NCBI GenBank assembly: GCA_000934665.2
Contig: KZ538351.1
Coordinates: 60,334-80,333 of the forward strand
Reading direction: 5' to 3'
Length of the DNA: 20,000 nucleotides
Origin: Catajapyx aquilonaris
Lineage: Eukaryota
Position 1 is the first letter of the stretch. The number at the start of each line of letters is the position of its first letter. The notes below the pieces were generated by a model. It worked only from the letters and a program-made list of their open reading frames with translations. It was not told the DNA's origin and ran no database searches. The translations under genes and the position numbers were made by a program. Shown here in pieces: positions 1 to 11,115 of this stretch.

Positions 1-681
1 ATACCGTCTAATTAATGGCATGCGGGAACATGTGTTACCTGAGTGATGTTGTCCAGTTCGCTTGTTCTGGCTTTCATCGCTTCATTAAAAGTAACATCCG
101 TAGTAAGTTGCACGTCCGGATTTAATGAAGTTAGAAGAATAGTTGACGTGTACAAGTCTATAGAATCCGTAGTCTCAAGGGGTGGGGGTGAGGGGGGGCT
201 GGTTCACTAAAGGGTATTGATGGAGGGGGGCACCATTTGGAAAAACAGCTCAGTTGGACTCTAGTTTCCTATAGCTAGTCACGAGGATAGACCAGCAAGG
301 AAAGGGGCGTCGATTTTTTTTTAAAAAAATATCGGGTATGTTATTCCGCTTCTATGTTTACATCACGCTTGGAATTCAGAGTCAGGCGTCTAACTTTACA
401 CGCGTATTGATGTCAGTAAGTTCTTCTGTCCCATTGTTTTTCCCTAGAATTGTCTCCTGGATTCCTTTTTGTTTGTGAAAGAAACAAATGGTGGCTATTG
501 ATGACTTTTTCGAATTCCAGGAGAAATTGCACAGAGATTGTTAACCTCAGCTTCTCCGGTTGATGGGTTCAACAATCCGTTCAGTGTACACCACGACCTG
601 TGTATATGAAATAGTTGCCAAAAAAAAACGTAAGAGAATCGATTGATATAGGGGTAATTCCAGGCGGTCAATCCCGCGCGA

Positions 682-934
682 TGATAAGCTAATATTGCTT
701 AGCTCTAGGAAATGATAGGGGACGTTCATTGTTCCAGCAGCAGGTGTGGTATCTTATCGGCCCGATTGGGTTATGATATTTAAGCAATACTATTGATAGA
801 CCCCCTTATGTTGGGAAATGAGGTGTATGAGCCGACTGATAACATAAAATGTCGCGTATCAGGTGAAAATGTGCGATAAGATGGGCTTTTCCGCACCTTC
901 TATATAGCCCATTTTTAAATCGAGCCTCTCAGTG
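682..934 (+). promoter_or_regulatory. Candidate core promoter of SLC4 copy 1: TATA box, arthropod-type initiator and upstream GATA-site cluster
   Basis: CTATATAG at 900-907. TCAGTG at 929-934 (one mismatch to Inr TCAKTY) places the A(+1) at 931, 30 nt after the TATA start. GATA motifs: TGATAA 682, TGATAG 713, CTTATCG 753, TGATAG 794, TGATAA 837, CGATAAG 874. Confidence 0.5.
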
Positions 935-1402
935 TCGAGTACTTGTTTTTATTTTAAATTGGTGGAGCGGACAAGTGAAGAATCTTTGCCGCATTTCCTT
1001 GGGCCATATCGGATTGTTGTTTAGTGCAAGGAGGAAGGATGTGAGCTAGACTGGTGTTTATTTACAACCCCCAGATGATAAGCGAGCGCTCTTTTTTTTC
1101 CTTTCGAAACATTCAGTGTCCTGTGCTTGGTGATGGGGCAGATGTCCAGCAGCGACCTAGAGGTATTTTCCACTTTACTTGTCACAGAGTGTACCCAATC
1201 CAGTGCGACACATGTTTTCATAAATCAATCGCCGAATTGAGCATCATCGACTGGTAAATGACTTTCCAAGGATTCCAGGCAGAAAACAGATCGTCATAGC
1301 GACAGTGAAGATGCGGGGTTAAAAAAAATAAGACGGGGAGTGACGTCAAAAAATGTTCGATCCTGTTTGGTTGAGTTCTGCTGACAAAACCTCATTTGGC
1401 AG

Positions 1403-4400
1403 GCCGACACACATGAGACACCGTCGTCGCAGCTGGGCACCACCTTAGATGAGGAGATGGAGAAGGTGTTTGCCAGTCCGGAGGTCAAAGGTTTCGACGT
1501 GGCCCAGCTGTCCGGTGGAGGTCAAGAAGGTCCAGCCAGTGAGAGACGGAGATTCGGCGAAAAGGACTACGTGTCACACCGGAAGGAGAGTTTCCCCCAT
1601 TCGCACCACCCATTAAAACCTTTGAGGTCCAGCCGGAAGAGGCTGGCATCTCCCAAGTTGTCCGACAGCGAAGGTACCGAGTCTGGAGATGGAGGCATCG
1701 CCGCATCTTCGTTGTCACCGCAACAGGTACGTAAAATATTCAAAATGGGTCGCAAAAAATTGATTTTATGACTGTCGAAGCATGCTGATTGATTAGTTTT
1801 TTTTATCCACTGCCAGCTTTTACTAACCGCCCGTTAACGAGTTTCATCAAAAAAACATTTTTAGAGTGCATACCAAGTTCAACGAAACAGTAGTTGACCC
1901 TTGAAGTAATTGGAGCAAACGACAAAGTGCGACAAAAATGTACGTCCGGATCCATTGTTTACTTCCGTTGCTTTCTTCGGAATTTGCAGGCGTAATGAGA
2001 CAATGCGTATTGTTCACCTTTACTTGGTATGAACTTTGCGGTATGCGCCAAAGTACGCGTACCGAACCTTTTTTTCTGTTTAGTCTGATTCTGGATCTGG
2101 AGGAATAAGCATGGTCGTGGCCATCACTGTGCGTGCGTGTGTGTGTCCTGCTGACCTGAGAGGTCACTAATTTGCGGATATTTTTTTCAGTCACCGGAGA
2201 CGACCCCGAGTCATGCCCCGGAATGGTCATCGCCTGAACCGGATGAATCTCAGGATGCTGAGGAATCTGAATCCTCTCCCTTGTTGGTCCAGCAGCAACA
2301 GCCAGTTGTCAGCCCCAGGTAAAGCCCGATCGCGTTTCGATCGCGTCCAAATGTTGACCTGTTGTGTCCCAACAGCAGCATCTTGAAGCCGTCTGGATCG
2401 GCTGTTGTTGTCCAGCTGGCGTCTGGAGAAGAGGATGACGAAGATGTGTTTTCGCTGGAGATGCCTGAGAGTCCGACCAAAAGGGTGCAGTTCCAGGTGG
2501 GGGCAGAGGCTCCTGGAGAGGGCGAAGGTCACCCGCACAAGAAGCGGCATGGAAGGCACCACCATCACCATCACGGGCATCACCACCATCACCATCATCA
2601 CCACTGGAGGGACAAAGCGGAGGACCCCCAGTCCAGGGTGAGGCTTGGGTCAGAGTTGGGCGATGGTGACCTCAACAAGAGGGTGGCCACAGAGGAAGAG
2701 GAAGCTGCAATGCTCGAGGGTTACGACCTCGACGACCTCGCCAGTAAGTGACGTTAGCTGATTACGCAATTTCTCACAGAAAATTACGAGGTAATTAGTA
2801 GCATGGCGTGCTGTGCCTTGTTTTGCTCCCGATGGAAATCTACAGTTCATTGATTTAAAAAAAGTTACGTCATTGAATGATATATCGTTAGATTACATGC
2901 GACTGTCGGCCAGGGTATTAACTTTGTTATCAGTTATCTAATTAAAATGATGAATTTTTTTAAATGAGCGCAACAAAGTGCGCACCTCAGTTCGCGCAGC
3001 TTGTACGTTTGGCATTATCAATATATCTGGTAAGCTCTCTGTATAATAGGTGTACTTATTCGCTGCATTTCTTTCCAACGCTACGATTGGGGAAAGGGGA
3101 CAAAATGGTCGACGTTTGCGACGTTGCCAATGCCGTTTCTGGTCAGTCGTGGGACCGAGGCTCAAATCGTGAATTATTTCCTAGGGAGTAACTCTGGCAA
3201 CGTTTGTCGGAACATTGGAACTGCGCGAATGTGGATGCGCACTAGGTTGTAGGCCAAACAATGATAGAATGCAATTTGTCCAGGTCACCGTTTCGAGGAT
3301 GCCAAAGGTCTTCGTCGTCCTCGGTTCTTCCCGCACCATCGAAGCAGTGCCACCGGTGCGACAGTCCTGCGTGACCTGTCCCCTCGGAGGGTGTCCAGAA
3401 AGGGCGTCCCGGGGGCTGTCCCGGTCCGTATGTGGGACAGAAAGCCGCATGAGATGCTGGTTGAGTTGGACGAACTTCTGGGTGATGAAGAGAGTCGGCA
3501 GTGGAGGGAGACAGGACGATGGATCAAGTACGAGGAGGACCTGGAGGAAGGTGCGCATCGATGGGGGAAACCACATGTGGCCACTCTCAGCTTCCACTCG
3601 CTGCTGAACCTGAGGAGGCTGCTGGAGGCTGGAGTGATGCTGCTGGACCTGGAGGAGAAGGATCTGGCAGGAGTGTCCTACAGGGTGGTTGAAGCTCTGG
3701 TCACTGAGGAGCACATTGGTGGGAACGAGAAGGGAGAGGTCATGAGGGTGCTGACCCTCAGGCACAAGCACGTGGACGAACACGACGGACGGTTCAGATT
3801 CCTCAGGAGATCGCACAGCAGCATCGGAAGTGTGCAGAGTCTAGACGAGAAGCCATCCAAACCCAAGACTGTCAGCTCCCTTCCTGCCATGACTGAAGGA
3901 AACGGGTTGTCCAGGAGGATGAGCAACCATTCCAACCATGTGGACGGAGAGACGACAGTCTCGGTCGAAGGAGGCCCCAGCGTAAGTCACATCAGATCTC
4001 GGGACAGTTCCCATATGTTACTCACCTTTGACCTTCCAGCCTGAGCCGCCTCATCAGCACGCAGAGGAGCATAAGAAGCTGCATAAGGAGAACATTATGC
4101 GACGGATACCGCTGGACGCGCAGGCCACTTCAGTCCTGGTTGGATCAGTTGACTTTCTGGATAAGCCGTTCATGGCTTTTGTCCGGTTAGCTGAAGGAGT
4201 GCTGATGCCGCACATCACCGAGGTGCCCATACCCGTACGATTCGTGTTCATCCTGATGGGACCACCGCACGCTGACCTGGACTACCACGAGCTGGGTCGC
4301 TCCGTGGCCACACTCATGTCCAACAGGCAGTTCAGGGAGACCGCGTACAAGCTGGATGACCGACGCGACCTTCTATCGTCCATCAACGAGTTCCTGGACG

Positions 4401-6768
4401 ACAGCATTGTTGTCCCGCCTGGAGAGTGGGACAGCACCACACTGCTCCCAATCCAGGAGATGAAGAACAAGGTAAGTGCACAGTACGACTAACGAACTTC
4501 TCTTGTGTAACACACAATTTTGTTCATCGCTGGTGCAGGTGGAGGCCATCAGGGAACGAAAGAAGGCTCGTATCCGGAAGCTGATCATGCGGACAACCCC
4601 TGCAGCACCGCCGGAGTCTGTTGACGACGAAGTGTCGGTGTCGGTGAAGAAGGTGCGCGATCCTCTCCAGCGGACCAAGCGTCTGTTCGGCGGACTGATA
4701 AACGACATCCGGCAGCGGTATCCGTTGTACAAGTCGGACATAACGGATGGTTTCGACAGCTTGTGTTTGGCCACCACGGTATTCATATTCTTCGCGGCGT
4801 TGTCTGGGGCCGTCACATTCGGAGGACTGATGGCGCAGAAGACGGACGATTTGATCGGCATCTCTGAGACCCTAGTGTCCACCTCGGCTGCAGGGGTCAT
4901 CTTTGCCTTGCTGTCCGGACAGCCTTTGATCATCGTTGGAACCACAGGTCCGCTTCTTCTGTTCGACGAGTCGCTCTTCTCCTTCTGCGAGATGAGCGGA
5001 TTGGAGTTTCTGTCCATGCGAGTCTGGATCGGGATCTGGTTGGCCATCATTGGCCTCGTGATGGTTGCAGTCGAAGGGTCACTCCTGGTCCGGCTCTTCT
5101 CGAGGTTCACCCAGGAGATATTCGCGGCCCTGATTTCCCTTCTGTACATCTGGGAGAGCTTGATCAGCCTATTCCAGATATTCAAGGACAATCCGCTGTT
5201 GGCCGACTACTGCTTCGGACACTTCATCTTCGGAAACTTCACTCTCATCCCAGAGGATCAACAGGAGAAAATTGGAACCATCACTCTCGCCCAAAAGTGA
5301 GTATACTTCTGCTGGCCTTTCTATAAACGGACAGAAGAGTAACATTTGTTTTGTAGCGAAACATGGGTTGACGTGTCTCCGGCGCGGCATAAGGACATGG
5401 GGGTCAACCAGCCCAACACAGCCCTGCTGAGCACCATCCTGATGCTGGGCACCTTCTTCATCGCTTACTTCCTCAGACACTTTCGTAACAGCAGCTTCCT
5501 CGGAAGGAGCGTAAGTCCTCCCATCGTGTACCCAATGTGCGTGTTCTAACAGACTTATATTTCAGGCCCGTCGTGCTTTGGGCGACTTCGGCGTTCCGAT
5601 TGCGATCGTGGTGATGGCCGGGCTGGACTATGCCATTCCGGACACCTACACCACGAAGCTGAACGTACCCGAGGGTCTGACTCCATCGGACGCGTCTGTC
5701 CGTGGCTGGCTGATATCACCTCTGGGCCAAACGGGACGTCCCATGCCAGTGTGGATGCCATTCGCCGCCTGCATCCCTGCCCTCCTGATCTTCATCCTGG
5801 CCTTCATGGAGACCGAGATCTGCGAGCTGATCGTCAGCAAGAAAGAGCGGAAGCTGCGGAAAGGATCCGGATTCCATCTGGACATCTTGATCCTCTGTCT
5901 GATCAACCTCGGATGCGGATTCATGGGAGCGCCCTGGATATGCGCCGCCACTGTCCGGTCAGTGTCACACGTGTCCGCACTGTCCGTCTGGTCAACCACC
6001 CACGCCCCTGGAGAGAAGCCTAAATTGGTCGAGGTCAAAGGTCAGCATCTTTCTCCTAATAGGCATAATGATGTTTGTCCGACTGCCTCTCGCACGGTGG
6101 CAGGAGTGTGCAGAGGGAGTACACGCCATCTATGCGTTAAGAATAGTATTACGTGGTAAATCGGCGGGCCATCTCGTTGTTTTTCCTAATTTTTGCTGCA
6201 TTAACTATGCATCATTGCACAGTACTAATAAGTGTCTCTTAGAGCAACGTGTGACTGCCCTGGCCGTGAGCATCCTGGTTGGACTGTCCGTTCTGATGTC
6301 GCCTCTTTTGCGGCTGGTTCCGATCTCGGTCCTCTTCGGTGTGTTTTTGTACATGGGAGTGGCCTCAATGAACGGGATACAGCTCTTCGAGAGGATGCAG
6401 CTCCTGTTGAAACCCACGAAGCACCACCCGCAGGTCGGGTATGTCCGGAAGGTTGAGACCTGGAAGATGCATCTCTTCACGGTCATCCAGATCATCTGTC
6501 TGGCCATGCTCTGGGTGGTCAAGTCTGTTGGTCAAGTCTCGTTGGCCTTTCCATTCTTCCTGCTTCTCATGGTTCCTCTCAGGGCTCATCTACTCAAGTG
6601 CTTCTTCTCGCCAACAGAACTTAGAGCTGTAAGTATCATCCATGTGTGTCTACATCTGCTGCGACACTTATTCGTTTTTTTTTTTGTCAGTTGGACAATG
6701 CGGAGGTTGACGACGTGGAAGTGACGGACGAGCCTGATTTCTACGTACAAGCGCACATGCCGGGTTAA
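1403..6768 (+). CDS. Ae2: SLC4 anion exchanger, full-length AE2/band 3-like Cl-/HCO3- exchanger (copy 1), ~1250 aa
   Basis: Exons join(1403-1726,2191-2318,2376-2743,3284-3981,4040-4471,4539-5296,5357-5510,5566-6040,6243-6628,6691-6768), all GT-AG and frame-consistent. First ATG in exon is 1457 (1248 aa); an unidentified upstream coding exon is possible because an acceptor AG lies at 1401-1402. Motifs: [124 protein letters not shown], ending [10 protein letters not shown]. Confidence 0.95.
2557..2604 (+). repeat. Coding (CAY)n repeat encoding His6-Gly-His9 in the N-terminal extension of SLC4 copy 1
   Basis: caccaccatcaccatcac-ggg-catcaccaccatcaccatcatcaccac, in frame within exon 2376-2743. 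Confidence 0.9.
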
Positions 6769-7419
6769 GTACGGGTGGTCATACCCGGCACATGCCAGCA
6801 AACCGCCCATGCTTTTTTTTTGGTTACCAACTTTTGTAGCACAGATTGAACCGTCTCAATTGTTGCAGGCTAAGATCAAGGAAACTGTGTGGCCATACAA
6901 TATTACTATACAGTACATGACAGTTCATGATGCGTTGTTACACGCGGTCGACAATTGGATGCGTTCCAATCCTATGCGATTTATGAAAGTTGGCGACTGT
7001 TAGCTAATTATTCGTAGTGTCAAACAACGGTTCCAATTTTTACACTGTGTGTGCGAATCTCGTTATAATTAATATTATAATTATTATCCATAGCCCTGAA
7101 AGGTTGCTGACACGTTTGATCGAAGAGTATTTACTTGCAGTATTGTACAGTTGCAATGAGTGGAATTGTACCTGATTGCCGATGGTTTTGTCTTAACTGA
7201 TCCGTCCAATGCGGCAACGTTGTGTGTGCGGCGCGCAGCAGATTTGTTAAAAAGTCTGTTTGGAGTAGCCGATTGGTACGGCCTGCGATTGTTGTGTGAT
7301 GTGATTGTTGGGGGAACAAGCTTGATTGATTGAACAAAAAATGTGCGTGTGGCTGGTATTTTTGCGCTACTAAATCAGAGCAATAAGGGCAGTTCTATGA
7401 AAGGGTTTTGAATATTTTG

Positions 7420-7443
7420 GAGAGAGAGAGAGAGAGAGAGAGA
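7420..7443. repeat. (GA)12 microsatellite upstream of SLC4 copy 2
   Basis: Perfect gagaga run read directly from the sequence. Confidence 0.9.
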
Positions 7444-7605
7444 AAAGCAGTGTTTAATTTTATAGCGTTGTTACTGTACTGTATTTAGAGGCTATATTGT
7501 TGATTACAGCATTGTTACCTTTACTGGTGTTGTTTTTTTTTCGGGATGGCCCTATGGTGACACACAGGTTTCCTGGGATAATTCCAACAATGCAGCCAGT
7601 TCATC

Positions 7606-10600
7606 ATGGTGTCGAATCGCGTGGAGTTGTCACGGTTCACAGGCGCACAGGTCCGTCCGCTCCTGGTGGAACTGGACGAACTGGTGGAGATGAACGACAC
7701 AATAGGATCCAGACAATGGAGGGAGACAGGTCGTTGGATCAAGTACGAGGAGGACCTGGAGGAAGGTGCGCACAGATTCGGAAAGCCACACGTGGCTGTC
7801 CTCAGCTTCCACTCTTTGATTAACGTCCGGACACTGCTGGTGGACAATGGTGTGACCCTCCTGGACATGCAGTCGGACGGGTTCGTAGCTGACCTTTGCA
7901 TCAAGATAGTCGACGCATTGGTTACGCAGAGGAAGATCGGGATTGGAGCAAAGGAGCGGGTACTGGAAATGCTCAACCTGAGACACAGCCACGTCCAGGA
8001 CAGACCAAGCCTCGTGGACATCATCAAGCCTGATGGAAAGAGACATGTACGGTTTGGTCATAAGATCACGTAGAGCCAACTAACATCTGGATTTTCAGGT
8101 GCAACTGTCCGCTAAAGCTGAGGCGATCATGAAACGGTTGGCTCCAGATACAGAGGCTGCGTCTGTGCTGGTTGGAGCCGTCCCATTTCTGGACCAGCCC
8201 TTCATGGCCTTCGTCCGTCTCCAGGAAGCTGTTCAGATGCACCATATCATGGAGCTGCCCATACCCATCCGATTCTTCATCGTCCTGATGGGACCGCACT
8301 CGGAGGACATTGACTACCGCGAGTGTGGGAGGACACTGGCCACCCTCATGTCCAACCAGGGATTCAGGGAAGTTGCCTATAGAGCCTTACACTCAAAGCT
8401 GCTAGTGGCGGCCATCAACGAGTTTCTGGACGACAGCATTGTTGTCCCACCTGGAGAGTGGGACAGCACCACGTTGCTGCCCATACATGAGATGAAAAAC
8501 AAGATCGAGGTCATCACAGTCCGGAAGAAAGAACGAAAGCAGAGTCTGACCCCTTCATACGAAACCCCCAAGCAGCCCATGCTGGTCACTCACGACCCGC
8601 TGACCCGAACCCAGAGGCCGTTCGGTGGCCTGGTCAACGACGTACGGCTGAGATTCCCGCTGTACAAGTCGGACATACTGGATTCGTTCAACGGCCTCTG
8701 CCTGTCCACCATCATATTCATCTACTTCGCGGTTCTCTCTGGGTCCATCACATTCGGAGGACTGATGGGACAGGAGACGGACAACTTGATTGGGGTGTCC
8801 GAGACCCTGGTGTCCGGTTGTGTGTCCGGATGCATCTTCGCGCTGCTGGCCGGACAGCCCATGATCATCGTTGGGACTACCGGACCTCTCCTGATCTTCG
8901 ACGCTTCCCTGTACGCCTTCTGCAGGGAGAACAAGTACAACTACCTGGGACTCAGGGTCTGGGTCGGAATCTGGATCGGGGTCATCTCACTGGTTATGGC
9001 AGGGGTCGAAGGGTCGTGTCTGGTCCGGTTCTTCTCGAGGTTCACCCAGGAGATATTCTCATCCCTTATCTCCCTGCTGTTCATCTACGAGAGCTTCTAC
9101 AGCCTCTACAAGATATTCAAAAACAACCCGCTTTTGACCGACTATTGCGCTGGAGGCAACAGCACCAACAATGACGGTACAACGTAAGCTCCGTTTGCTG
9201 TAGTTCCAACCAGGGTACTCGCTTGCTTACTTCGCATTTCAATGCAGAGCAGCTGCTGCGGAGGACGAGTCGGTCGAACCTCCGAAGGTACCGGTCAACC
9301 AGCCCAACACTGCACTCCTGAGCACCATACTGATGCTGGGCACCTTCTTCATCGCTTATTTCCTCAGGCATTTTCGGAACAGCAGCTTCCTTGGACGAAC
9401 CGTAAGCACAGCATCACACTGTGGAAATGATTCGTGTTTCAATAATGCTGATGATTGCAGGCCCGTCGTGCTCTGGGCGACTTCGGCGTCCCGATTGCGA
9501 TAGTGACCATGTCCGCCGTGAACTTCGGTATGTCCAACGTGCCCACAGCCAAACTGAACGTGCCTGAGGGACTGTCGCCGTCCAGTCCACCTTCCGTTCG
9601 AGGCTGGCTGATCCCACTGTCCATGAACCTTCCCAATTCGTGGCTGCCCTTCGCCGCGTGCGTCCCAGCCATCCTGGTGTTCATCCTGATCTTCATGGAG
9701 ACCCAGATCTGCGAGCTGATCATCTGCAAGAAGGAGCGGAAGCTGCGAAAAGGATCCGGATTCCATCTGGACATCACTCTCCTGTGCGTCCTGAACGTCG
9801 GATGCGGCTTCATGGGCGCCCCATTCTTGACAGCAGCCACCATACGATCAGTCACGCACGTATCGGCTCTGTCCATCTGGGGACATTCTCAGGCTCCAGG
9901 AGAGAAGTCGAAGATGCTGGGAGTCCAGGAGCAACGAGTGACCGCTCTTGTGGTCAGCGTTCTCACGGGATGCTCCGTGGCCATGTCCTCTCTTCTTCGG
10001 CTAGTCCCTGTGGCTGTCCTCTTCGGTGTATTTCTGTACATGGGGGTGTCCTCCATGAACGGGATACAGTACTTCGAGAGGCTGCAGCTGGTGTTCAAGT
10101 CGGTCGAGAGCCACCCGCAGGTCGGGTACGTCCGTGGTGTTGAGACCCGGAGGATGAATCTCTTCACCCTGGTGCAGACTCTTGGACTGGTCACTCTCTG
10201 GGCAGTCAAGTCCAGTCCGGCTGCCCTGGCCTTTCCATTCGTCCTGCTCTTCATGGTGCCACTCACGTTCTGGCTCAAGTACATCTTCACTGAGAAGGAG
10301 CTGTATGAGGTCAGCATTGCTTCAAGGGGGCGGTCGCGCTAACGATGCTAATTAATATAAATGTGATTAATGTCGTTTCAGCTGGACGGAGACGAGGGAG
10401 GCGCCGAGGAAGAGGACGCGGACTTTTATGCCCAGGCCCACATGCCAGGTTTGACCTCTTCATTTTTGAATAATTTACTAAGTGCTCATGCGGGGTTTGC
10501 CCCGAATAGCCAGGATAATCCGTTGCGTGTGATTTGCAGGACCGAGGAAGTCTGAGTCTCGTAAAATTGGTGATACCCTTCCTCACCTTCCGATCATCAC

Positions 10601-10619
10601 CAGCCACCAGCTAACCTGA
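7606..10619 (+). CDS. SLC4 anion exchanger paralog (copy 2), N-terminally short band 3-sized form, ~890-900 aa
   Basis: Exons join(7606-8046,8099-9183,9248-9401,9461-10309,10382-10448,10540-10619) give 891 aa; if the last intron is retained the stop is at 10553-10555 (900 aa). An in-frame TAA at 7579 precedes the ATG. Motifs: [59 protein letters not shown]...DFYAQAHMPG. The exact start and last exon are uncertain. Confidence 0.92.
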
Positions 10620-11115
10620 GGATAAACCAGAGGATCATATTATATGGATTACTGTCAGTCAGGGGGAATCCGACTCCCTCCGTAAAACCGCCCAAATGTT
10701 ATACCCCTCAGCACTTGCTAAATGGCTGTGTGTATGTTATAGGAATTTTCGTTATAAAATGTTATGTTGTGAGATGTCACTTGACCATCTCGATTGACCG
10801 CTACAATTAAAGCTTTTGGTGACACCGCACATAACCTTAAAAAACGCAAATATTGGTAAGAGCACAGGGTGTTGATTTACAGCGACGACTTGTTGTCTTT
10901 CTTACAAAACATAAAAAATAGCTTTGAATGCCACAAACTGACAATCGTATTGTTGACGAGTGGTTTCCTAGGACATGTTCAATAATGTGTAGTGTTGATA
11001 CTTTTTTTTCGATATTATAATGGGGGTGTGTGCGGAAGTAGGGATTTTTACCGCCAACACCGAGGATGCGAAGGTGACCACGTCCGGTTTATAAGTCGGG
11101 TCACTTGCTTGGAAA

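Noticed and set aside
179..230. G-rich runs with G-quadruplex potential
   Set aside because: Irregular G-runs ~700 nt from the candidate TSS with no supporting evidence of function.
311..334. Imperfect palindrome cgat-T run-A run-atcg
   Set aside because: A low-complexity T/A juxtaposition, common by chance in AT-rich intergenic DNA.
1258..1385. Possible extra upstream coding exon for SLC4 copy 1
   Set aside because: ATG 1258 closes quickly, and no convincing phase-0 donor joining to acceptor 1402 could be identified.
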